Assembly (NCBI GenBank): GCA_028698185.1
Contig: JAQVDW010000035.1
Location: 1-16,643, forward strand
Direction of reading: 5' to 3'
Length of the DNA: 16,643 nucleotides
From: Erysipelotrichaceae bacterium
Lineage (GTDB): Bacteria; Bacillota_I; Bacilli_A; Erysipelotrichales; Coprobacillaceae
This document shows, piece after piece, positions 6,967 through 13,383 of the stretch (positions within the stretch are counted from its first letter, which is position 1; every line of letters starts with the position of its first letter). The translations under genes and the position numbers were made by a program. The notes under the pieces were generated by a model that was not told the origin of the DNA, did no database searches, and was given only the letters and a program-made list of their open reading frames with translations.

Positions 6967-7098
6967 TTATTCTGTTTTGGACGGTACTGTTTTGCGGTTG
7001 CCCATCAGACGATGATAGAAAGGTCCAGGTTTATTGCCGCATTCATGGTAACCATTATCGGGCATGTAGTCAGTGCCACAACCGGATTTCACATCCAT
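6967..7098 (-). CDS. Small hypothetical Cys/His-containing protein (43 aa)
   Basis: MDVKSGCGTDYMPDNGYHECGNKPGPFYHRLMGNRKTVPSKTE. An AAGGCGG SD-like element lies 5 nt upstream of ATG 7098. It sits just downstream of the HD gene. I recognise no family. The longer track ORF starting at 7167 has no SD. Confidence 0.3.
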   Translation of the reverse strand: MDVKSGCGTDYMPDNGYHECGNKPGPFYHRLMGNRKTVPSKTE

Positions 7099-7191
7099 TG
7101 TTCCGCCTTGATTGTCCTGAAATTTCAAAATGAAAAATATCATGAATATTATCCATGCATCACACATTTAAAACAGTCGGCCAGGATTATT

Positions 7192-7686
7192 TTAGACCCG
7201 ATTAAGGTAGATCGAATCCAAAAGGGCCAGCCCGGTCGATGTTTTGAAAACATTCTTTCTGATGGAAAGGATCTGGTCACCGGTCATTTTTCCTTCGTCG
7301 AAATTCACCAAGAAATCGGCTTCTAGGAGGATCTGGTAGTCGACATTGTCAACCTTTGTGAAAGTATGATGATGACCCACCAGGAAGCTGACCCGGTCGC
7401 AGACCGCACTGTTGTAGCCAAGCCCGTCAAGAAAATCGTAGGCCAGCTTTTCACCTTCTATTTCCTGATATTTGCCGTTGGTGTTTCCGTACTTTTCCCG
7501 GCACAAAGGACAGGCAATGTCGTGGACAATCGCCGCCAATTCCACATAGAGCTGCAACTCAGTGGCCAGACATTCTTTTTGTCCGATCAGCCGCGCGAAG
7601 CTGTGGACCTTGAGAAAATGACTGATGTCATGGGTGTTTCCTTTTGAATATTCAATCATCCTGATTATTGTATCGTTGATCTCCAT
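7192..7686 (-). CDS. HD-domain metal-dependent phosphohydrolase
   Basis: 164 aa. Shows the H...HD...HHH...D pattern (KVHSFA, IVHDIA, LVGHHHT, LEADFL). AAGGAG SD 7 nt upstream. Confidence 0.8.
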   Translation of the reverse strand: MEINDTIIRMIEYSKGNTHDISHFLKVHSFARLIGQKECLATELQLYVELAAIVHDIACPLCREKYGNTNGKYQEIEGEKLAYDFLDGLGYNSAVCDRVSFLVGHHHTFTKVDNVDYQILLEADFLVNFDEGKMTGDQILSIRKNVFKTSTGLALLDSIYLNRV

Positions 7687-7708
7687 ACCTATACTCCTTA
7701 TTTGACTT

Positions 7709-7738
7709 ATTATAACCCAAATGTCGAAGACATGCCAA
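7709..7738 (-). promoter_or_regulatory. Sigma-A promoter TTGGCA-N18-TATAAT for the HD gene
   Basis: On the minus strand, -35 is at 7738..7733 and -10 at 7714..7709. Confidence 0.5.
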
Positions 7739-7803
7739 ACATGATAATGTCATATTTCGCAATGGAAACGGTTACATTTTGGATATCGGTAGCCGTTGTT
7801 TCA

Positions 7804-7812
7804 TGTTACAAT
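7804..7812 (+). promoter_or_regulatory. Extended -10 promoter TGtTACAAT for the lipoprotein gene
   Basis: Located about 33 nt upstream of ATG 7845. A strong GAGGAGGAAG SD follows. Confidence 0.45.
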
Positions 7813-7844
7813 TATGTTACTTTATGTGAGGAGGAAGTATTTCA

Positions 7845-9152
7845 ATGAAAAAATCAAGATTGATTTTATCAAGTTTTTTGGCACTGGGCTTGGTCGCCTG
7901 CTCCAGTGGTGACACCGGGAGCGACACCATCGCAGGAACTTACAGTTACCAGGTAACCGGATATGACTGGGGTGCCGGGGTGAACAAAGCCGTCCTGGCA
8001 CTGGACCACAAGTTGACCCAGATTGACGCGCAGGATCTAAACGTTGTCGAAACCAAACAGGTGACCGATTGGTCGGATTCGACATTTCCGGTTAACGTGG
8101 TCGACATCGACCGGACAATCACCGATGTCTATCTTTGCGACGCCGATGGAAACAAGGTCGAAGGCGACAGCAAATATGTGGCAGTGGAAATGTACGTCAG
8201 CCCCAATGACGGCTCACCGCTTCTTTACTCGATGGCGACATCACGCAACACCTGGTCTGATCCATACACGCTGGCTTTCACTTTAAGCGAAGGGGCTACT
8301 GTCGATTCGTTGGGAACAACAGTTACGGCATTCACCGTGGAGGGCGCAGCGACAACTTACACAACATCGGCCAGCATGTTTGAAGAAGGTTCTTATGAAA
8401 CAGAATCAGGTCAGACTTATGGCTACGTTACTTACGAACCGACTGAAAAATCAGATACCCTGTTTGTCTGGCTTCATGGTGGCGGAGAAGGTGCCATCGA
8501 AGGTTCCGATGTCTATATCCCTGTGCTCGCAAACAAGGTGACCGCTCTGGCAGGCGAAGAATTCCAGACCGCCATCGGAGGAGCTGCAATCCTTGCTCCC
8601 CAATCGCCTACTTTCTGGATGGACAGCGGCGATGGCACTTGGACCGGTGACAACAAGACAATGTACACTGAAAGCCTGATGCAGCTCATCGACAACTACA
8701 AAACCGAATACGGTGCTACCAAAGTTGTCGTAGCCGGATGTTCGAACGGCGGATTCATGACTCTTGACCTTATGATGAATTACCCGGATTACTTCACTGC
8801 CGGAGTTCCTATCTGTGAGGGAAAACTTGACGCAGCTGTGACCGATGAACAGATTGCTGCCTTGAAAGATCAGGCAATGTTCTTCATCTACGCGGAAAAC
8901 GACACAACTTTGGACCCTAGTATTTATTCTGAGCCGACAATCGCAAGATTGAAAGAAGCCGGAGCGACCAACCTGATGGTGGCATCACCGGATACGGTTA
9001 TCGACACTTCAGGTACATACAAAGACGCCGATGGCAATCCTTATTCCTACGCGGGTCACTGGTCTTGGATCTACTTCGACAACAACGAAGCTTTCGACGA
9101 CACAACCGGAAAAGACTCATGGTCTTGGATCGCTGACCAATTGAACAAATAA
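7845..9152 (+). CDS. Secreted lipoprotein with a C-terminal alpha/beta-hydrolase (esterase) domain
   Basis: Signal peptide with lipobox MKKSRLILSSFLALGLVAC (C19). Nucleophile elbow VVAGCSNGGFM (G-x-S-x-G). Candidate Asp in YAENDTT and candidate His in YAGHWSW. The HGGGEG segment is oxyanion-region-like. The N-terminal ~190 aa is unassigned. Confidence 0.75.
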   Translation: MKKSRLILSSFLALGLVACSSGDTGSDTIAGTYSYQVTGYDWGAGVNKAVLALDHKLTQIDAQDLNVVETKQVTDWSDSTFPVNVVDIDRTITDVYLCDADGNKVEGDSKYVAVEMYVSPNDGSPLLYSMATSRNTWSDPYTLAFTLSEGATVDSLGTTVTAFTVEGAATTYTTSASMFEEGSYETESGQTYGYVTYEPTEKSDTLFVWLHGGGEGAIEGSDVYIPVLANKVTALAGEEFQTAIGGAAILAPQSPTFWMDSGDGTWTGDNKTMYTESLMQLIDNYKTEYGATKVVVAGCSNGGFMTLDLMMNYPDYFTAGVPICEGKLDAAVTDEQIAALKDQAMFFIYAENDTTLDPSIYSEPTIARLKEAGATNLMVASPDTVIDTSGTYKDADGNPYSYAGHWSWIYFDNNEAFDDTTGKDSWSWIADQLNK

Positions 9153-9216
9153 TCTTTCCTTTTGAATCCTATTCCTTTATCTTCTATTCCATACCAATAA
9201 CCTATAATCCAATTTG

Positions 9217-9243
9217 AAAAAGATGGCTCCGGCCATCTTTTTT
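9217..9243. terminator. Bidirectional rho-independent terminator
   Basis: AAAAAGATGGC-TCCG-GCCATCTTTTTT lies between the convergent lipoprotein and permease genes. Confidence 0.8.
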
Positions 9244-9252
9244 CCTTCCCGA

Positions 9253-9783
9253 TCACAACGATTGGGTTTTTTCATATAATCGTTCGATCTCGCTATCCGG
9301 GATAAAGCGGGTCAAAGTAAAGGCGATGGCCACGATTCCTGGAATGTCCACCAGCAAGCGGACCAGGGCGAATTTCAATCCCAACGCCGACATCTCGAAC
9401 AGAAGCAGAGGAATCTTGGTCGTCGACCATGCCCCCACAAATATCAGCACATTGGAAAACTTGACGCCCTTTTTCATGAACACCGCCGCAACAGGAAACG
9501 CCCCGTACAACGGTCCGGCCGCTACCGAACCGACAACAAAGGAAAGAACGATACCCTTGATACCTGAACCCGGTCCCATGTAGCGAGCCATTGTTTCCTT
9601 GGACACCCAGACATCAAGCAAGCCAAGCAGGATAAATACCGGCGGGATGATCAAAAGCATCTCCTTGAGGGAATAGACAGTCACCCCCACCGCTTTTGCG
9701 CCCAGCTCCCGGTTGATCAGGTAAAGACCAATCATCAAAACCAGTGAGCCCAATACAAAACGATATCTTTTCAACATATTCAT
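9253..9783 (-). CDS. Half-size permease subunit (ArsP_1/DUF318-type repeat unit), second gene of a split pair
   Basis: 176 aa and polytopic. GSVAAGPLYGAFPVAAVFMKKGVKFSNVLIFVGAWS resembles the repeat unit of the 334-aa permease at 13384..14388. Its start is 3 nt after the upstream stop, with a GGTGGTG SD inside the upstream gene. Confidence 0.65.
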   Translation of the reverse strand: MNMLKRYRFVLGSLVLMIGLYLINRELGAKAVGVTVYSLKEMLLIIPPVFILLGLLDVWVSKETMARYMGPGSGIKGIVLSFVVGSVAAGPLYGAFPVAAVFMKKGVKFSNVLIFVGAWSTTKIPLLLFEMSALGLKFALVRLLVDIPGIVAIAFTLTRFIPDSEIERLYEKTQSL

Positions 9784-9786
9784 TAT

Positions 9787-10260
9787 TTACACCACCAATC
9801 CGATAATCAAAGCCACAACAAAAGAAAACAGGAATGCCAACAGGTTGCGGGCAAAGGTAAGCCGTTTGCCAAAATATTTGATTTCCACCGGGATGGTGAT
9901 TACCCCGACCATCATCAGCGCCGAAACGAAGGCCCCGATCTGCATGTATCCCGCCCCGTTTTCCAGAAGCATGGCAGCCATGGGAAAGGCGACGAAACCG
10001 GGAATCAGCGTAACCGCCCCGGCCAGGACGGCGATGACCACACCAATCCAACCAGATGATGCCCCTATAAGGCTCGAGATCGCCTTGCTGTCAAACAGCG
10101 ACAGCAGGATTCCAACCATGACGATCACCCCGAGAAACTGGGGCAGGATATTCTCGAACGAGCGCCATGATTTTTTCAAAGCCATTATTGTCCTATTCTT
10201 ATCCTTGAAAACGGACAAAGCCAAAAGCCCGAAGGCTGTTCCATATAGAAATACATTCAC
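9787..10260 (-). CDS. Half-size permease subunit (ArsP_1/DUF318-type repeat unit), first gene of a split pair
   Basis: 157 aa with a GTG start and AAGGAGGA SD 6 nt upstream. GAVTLIPGFVAFPMAAMLLENGAGYMQIGAFVSALMM parallels VPVYADIFGTIPVAEALLAKGAQLGVVLAFMMA of the full-length paralog. Confidence 0.65.
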   Translation of the reverse strand: MNVFLYGTAFGLLALSVFKDKNRTIMALKKSWRSFENILPQFLGVIVMVGILLSLFDSKAISSLIGASSGWIGVVIAVLAGAVTLIPGFVAFPMAAMLLENGAGYMQIGAFVSALMMVGVITIPVEIKYFGKRLTFARNLLAFLFSFVVALIIGLVV

Positions 10261-10290
10261 ACCAAATCCTCCTTAAGCAATATCGGGTAT

Positions 10291-10319
10291 ATATTATTGA
10301 CTTAAGTCGATAATGTCAA
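10291..10319 (-). promoter_or_regulatory. Sigma-A promoter TTGACA-N17-TAATAT with a palindromic operator in the spacer
   Basis: On the minus strand, -35 is at 10319..10314 and -10 at 10296..10291. The spacer holds ATCGACTTAAGTCAAT, a 14/16 palindrome with a perfect GACTTAAGTC core. Confidence 0.6.
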
Positions 10320-10331
10320 TATATATGCACC

Positions 10332-10356
10332 AAAAAATCACAGGTTGCCCCGTGAT
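10332..10356 (-). terminator. Rho-independent terminator after the ferritin-like gene
   Basis: The minus strand reads ATCACGGG-GCAA-CCTGTGAT followed by TTTTTT: an 8-bp stem with one G.U pair and a GNRA loop. It begins directly after stop codon 10357-10359. Confidence 0.8.
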
Positions 10357-10659
10357 TTATTCCAGATCTTCGATTTCTTCCTCGACTTCTTCGCGGCCCT
10401 CTTGATAGAAAGCTTCTTCATCAGGTTCGAGCTCCCTCAACAACCGCAAAAATTCACCGGCATGGACCCGCTCTTCATCGGCGATGTCCTCAAGAACCGC
10501 AATCGCCAGCTTGTTGTCGATTGATTCGGCCAACTGCATATACATCTGGATCGCTTCGTATTCGGCCGCGACCATGAACCGGATGGCTCTGATCAACTCG
10601 GCATCACTCAGTTTCCGGTCATTGGCCAGTCCGGAAAATGGGCTTGCAAACTCAGGCAT
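10357..10659 (-). CDS. EncFtn-like two-helix half-ferritin (rubrerythrin/ferritin-like superfamily) with no recognisable encapsulin-targeting tail
   Basis: 100 aa starting MPEFASPFSGLANDRKLSDAELIRAIRFMVAAEYEAIQMYMQLAES...DIADEERVHAGEFLRLL. E33-x6-Y40 and E63-x-x-H66 have the spacing of the EncFtn di-iron ligands. The acidic tail is EEVEEEIEDLE. GGAGGTGA SD upstream. Confidence 0.65.
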   Translation of the reverse strand: MPEFASPFSGLANDRKLSDAELIRAIRFMVAAEYEAIQMYMQLAESIDNKLAIAVLEDIADEERVHAGEFLRLLRELEPDEEAFYQEGREEVEEEIEDLE

Positions 10660-10696
10660 TCAAATCACCTCCACTATCATGCCTATCTACATAAAC

Positions 10697-10725
10697 ATTC
10701 TACCATTTTTTGAAAGCGCTAACAA
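10697..10725 (-). promoter_or_regulatory. Sigma-A promoter TTGTTA-N17-TAGAAT with a TGg extension, for the ferritin-like gene
   Basis: On the minus strand, -35 is at 10725..10720 and -10 at 10702..10697, preceded by TGG. Confidence 0.55.
10711..10724 (+). promoter_or_regulatory. cre box with a perfect consensus match
   Basis: TGAAAGCGCTAACA matches TGWAANCGNTNWCA at 14/14 positions. It overlaps the -35 and spacer of the ferritin-like promoter and ends 17 nt upstream of the -35 of the divergent ABC promoter. Confidence 0.6.
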
Positions 10726-10740
10726 GTATTTAGAATTTGT

Positions 10741-10769
10741 TTGACATATGTTCATAATGATTTTACAAT
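10741..10769 (+). promoter_or_regulatory. Sigma-A promoter TTGACA-N17-TACAAT for the ABC operon
   Basis: -35 at 10741-10746 and -10 at 10764-10769. Because the promoter covers the track's ATG at 10748, that start is unlikely. Confidence 0.65.
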
Positions 10770-10798
10770 TTTATTATAAACAGACAGGAGGCCTAAAC

Positions 10799-11764
10799 AT
10801 GGACATCATCAGCGTTTCCAATTTGAGCAAGCAATTTGGCGACTTCAAAGCCGTAGACAACATAAGCTTTACCGTTAAAAAAGGGGAAATATTCGGATTC
10901 CTCGGTCCCAACGGCGCCGGCAAGACCACGACAATAAATATGTTGATCGGTTTGATGAAACCCGGCACCGGAGCCATCAAAATCGCCGGTTATTGCGGCA
11001 TTCGAAAAATCAAAAAAATCCAGGAGATAATCGGGGTTGTCCCGGACGAAAGCAATCTCTATGATGATCTTTCCGGTTACGAAAACCTGGTTTTTGTCGC
11101 CTCATTATACGGTCTTGATAAAAAAAACAGCCACGAAAAGGCCATCAGCCTGCTGGCAACATTCGATCTGCTGGAAGCCAAAGACCGCCTTTTCAAAGCA
11201 TACTCCAAAGGTATGAAAAGGAAACTGACAATGGCGGCAGGAATCATTCATGATCCTGAAATCTTGTTTTTAGATGAGCCGACTACCGGCATTGACGTCA
11301 TGAGCGCCCGGAAAATCCGCGAGATGATCAAGGATTTGAACCGACAAGGAACAACAATTTTTTTGACGACCCATTACATCGAAGATGCGCAACGGCTTTG
11401 TGATCGCATCGGGTTCATAGTTGCCGGCAAAATAGTCGCGATCGACAGACTTGATTCATTAATGGCCCAACCCCCCGGTGAAAACATCATGGAAATAACC
11501 AGTGAGTCCGATTTGGCGGTTGCCGCCACTAAAATCCCGATGATATTTCCAGGCATGGAAATTGTCCAAGCCGGCCATAAATCAATCCGCATAAAGGCAC
11601 CCTTTGAAATTGAACTGTTGCCATTGCTGGAATATTTCGCAGTTCAAGGGCACAAAATAAAAGAAGCCCGGCTTGTGGCCAGGACTCTTGAAGATGTCTT
11701 CGTTCAGATAACCGGCACTGCCTTGTCAAATCCATCTAACAACCAGGGAGGGAAACGCAAATGA
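10799..11764 (+). CDS. ABC transporter ATP-binding protein (ABC-2/DrrA-type exporter subfamily)
   Basis: The start is moved to ATG 10799 (MDIISVSNLSKQFG), with AGGAGG 7 nt upstream. Walker A GPNGAGKT, signature YSKGMKRKL, Walker B ILFLDEPTTG and H-loop LTTHY. The stop overlaps the next start (ATGA). Confidence 0.9.
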   Translation: MDIISVSNLSKQFGDFKAVDNISFTVKKGEIFGFLGPNGAGKTTTINMLIGLMKPGTGAIKIAGYCGIRKIKKIQEIIGVVPDESNLYDDLSGYENLVFVASLYGLDKKNSHEKAISLLATFDLLEAKDRLFKAYSKGMKRKLTMAAGIIHDPEILFLDEPTTGIDVMSARKIREMIKDLNRQGTTIFLTTHYIEDAQRLCDRIGFIVAGKIVAIDRLDSLMAQPPGENIMEITSESDLAVAATKIPMIFPGMEIVQAGHKSIRIKAPFEIELLPLLEYFAVQGHKIKEARLVARTLEDVFVQITGTALSNPSNNQGGKRK

Positions 11765-12495
11765 AGAAGATGTCCGCCTATTTGAGTATCTTGAAAAAGG
11801 ATATGAAAAACTATTATCTCAAACCACCGAACCTTAGCTGGGGCATCATTTTCCCAATATCATGGAGCCTGATGTTCTTCCTGCGGTCAACCAGCGCCCT
11901 GGATTATCGGGAGATACTGCCGGGAATCATGGCCCTTTCAATCCTGTTTGGAACCACCTCGATGCTTGCAGTCACGATAACCTTCGAAAGGAAAAGCCGC
12001 TCCTTTGACCGGCTTTTGATTGCACCAATTTCCCTGAACCTCTTGATGTTTGCCAAAACTACCGGTGCCATTCTTTTTGGGGTGGTCAATGCATTTGTCC
12101 CAGTTGTCCTGGCATCGTTTATCTCGAGCCTGGATGGGATAAACTGGCTACTTGTTTTCGGGGGCGTACTGTTAATCGCCATAACCTCAGCCTTCTTGGG
12201 CCTGGCCATTGCCGTATCCGTCAGCGAAGTTTTTGAAGCGCAGACTTTTTCCAATTTTTTCCGTTTTCCGATGATGTTCCTGTGCGGTCTTTTCATACCG
12301 ATTTCCACTCTTCCCTCGCTGCTCTGGCCCTTGTCGTACATGCTGCCCCTGACTTATGGCGTGGATATCCTCAAAGCCGCCATCAACAGCGACAATCATC
12401 TTAATGTGTTTTTTTGCGTCGCTGTCCTGGTAGTTTTCGCCTGGCTGCTATTTGCCATCAGCACATCAAATATCAAGAAAAAGTGGATCCGTTAG
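11761..12495 (+). CDS. ABC-2 type transporter permease
   Basis: 244 aa with about 6 TM segments. Its start is translationally coupled to the ATPase stop. ABC-2 family layout. Confidence 0.85.
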   Translation: MKKMSAYLSILKKDMKNYYLKPPNLSWGIIFPISWSLMFFLRSTSALDYREILPGIMALSILFGTTSMLAVTITFERKSRSFDRLLIAPISLNLLMFAKTTGAILFGVVNAFVPVVLASFISSLDGINWLLVFGGVLLIAITSAFLGLAIAVSVSEVFEAQTFSNFFRFPMMFLCGLFIPISTLPSLLWPLSYMLPLTYGVDILKAAINSDNHLNVFFCVAVLVVFAWLLFAISTSNIKKKWIR

Positions 12496-12581
12496 AGGAT
12501 GCGCTTTTCCCTGCAACGGTTCTAGTCATTTTGAATCATCCCGGACACGGTGGCTGTCGAAGCTTGTTTAAGTCCGGTGCC

Positions 12582-12617
12582 AAAACAACCGCAAGCATAA
12601 TTGCGGGCCCTACTTTT
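12582..12617. terminator. Hairpin CCGCAA-N6-TTGCGG between convergent genes, with T-rich tracts on both strands
   Basis: The stem pairs 12589-12594 with 12601-12606. On the minus strand it is followed by TTGTTTTGG, and on the plus strand by GCCCTACTTTTT, which overlaps the methyltransferase stop. Confidence 0.45.
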
Positions 12618-13254
12618 TCTTGAAAGTGATATAGCGATAGTCGTTGTGATAGACGACCTCCAACCCCGACTTTGCCCCAAGAAATGCGAATGCCTTGGGA
12701 CTAAACAAAGAGATATGGGTCCTGTCGCGGATATAGTGCCAGTCGAGAAAATCAGCTTCGTTGTCGGGATGGAACAGGGTCATCAGCGCCAGAAGGCTGT
12801 CCTGTTTCATCAAACCGGCAAGCAGGTCGAAATATTCCTGGGGATTTTCGAGATGTTCGATGACTTCGGTGCAGGTTACAAGGTCATATTTTTTCCCCAG
12901 GTAAACCTTTTCCGGGGCGTAGTTGAGGTCGTAAATTTCCATCTCGATGCCGTAGTCGCGCTCAAGGATGGTTGCCAGGACCGGGCTTGGTCCGCTGCCA
13001 AAATCAAATCCGGTCTTGAAATTCCTGCCGGTTGCGACAATCGCCTCATCGATGAACTTCTTGAAATAGGCGACATAGCGGGGATCGTCAATTGAGTTAT
13101 TATGGTTGTTGTAGATTTTCAACTCCTCATCGCGGGTCACATAATCCTGGGGATCCTTGAAAATGAAATCACACTGTTCGCACCAGTGAAAAGTCCCGAA
13201 CTTTTCGTGGCGGATCACCCGGGTATTGCCTCCGCATATTTTGCACTTTTCCAT
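12610..13254 (-). CDS. Class I SAM-dependent methyltransferase with an N-terminal CxxC...CxxC zinc ribbon
   Basis: 214 aa. The Zn ribbon is MEKCKICGG...WCEQCDF. SAM motif I is FDFGSGPSPV. The post-I acidic residue is in EIYDLN, and TCTEVIEHLENP is motif-II/III-like. AAAGGAGAAG SD upstream. Confidence 0.85.
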   Translation of the reverse strand: MEKCKICGGNTRVIRHEKFGTFHWCEQCDFIFKDPQDYVTRDEELKIYNNHNNSIDDPRYVAYFKKFIDEAIVATGRNFKTGFDFGSGPSPVLATILERDYGIEMEIYDLNYAPEKVYLGKKYDLVTCTEVIEHLENPQEYFDLLAGLMKQDSLLALMTLFHPDNEADFLDWHYIRDRTHISLFSPKAFAFLGAKSGLEVVYHNDYRYITFKKK

Positions 13255-13313
13255 CGCCTTCTCCTTTTATCTGCATTGCTTTTAGTCACATTTTGAATGA
13301 TCTTTGCTTAAGC

Positions 13314-13322
13314 ATTATAACA
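13314..13322 (-). promoter_or_regulatory. Extended -10 promoter TGtTATAAT for the methyltransferase gene
   Basis: The minus strand reads GATGTGTTATAATGC, about 60 nt upstream of the ATG and downstream of the preceding terminator. Confidence 0.5.
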
Positions 13323-13353
13323 CATCAGAACCGATTAGCCAAAACCGGGAAGT

Positions 13354-13377
13354 AAAAAACCGCCCATATTCAGGCGG
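13354..13377 (-). terminator. Rho-independent terminator after the ArsP_1-type permease gene
   Basis: The minus strand reads CCGCC-TGAATATG-GGCGG followed by TTTTTT. Confidence 0.6.
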
Positions 13378-13383
13378 GTGAAG

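Noticed and set aside
6952-7326. 124-aa plus-strand ORF
   Set aside because: It overlaps the 3' end of the HD gene and the small minus-strand ORF in antisense. It has no SD and no recognisable motif.
10748-10798. 17-codon N-terminal extension of the ABC ATPase (track start MFIMILQFYYKQTGGLN)
   Set aside because: This ATG lies inside the TTGACA-N17-TACAAT promoter. A strong AGGAGG SD precedes ATG 10799, which gives the canonical MDIISVSNL... ABC N-terminus.
9253-11764. Encapsulin nanocompartment operon around the EncFtn-like gene
   Set aside because: There is no HK97-fold shell-sized ORF on either side. The neighbours are membrane permeases and an ABC ATPase, and the gene is insulated by its own terminator.
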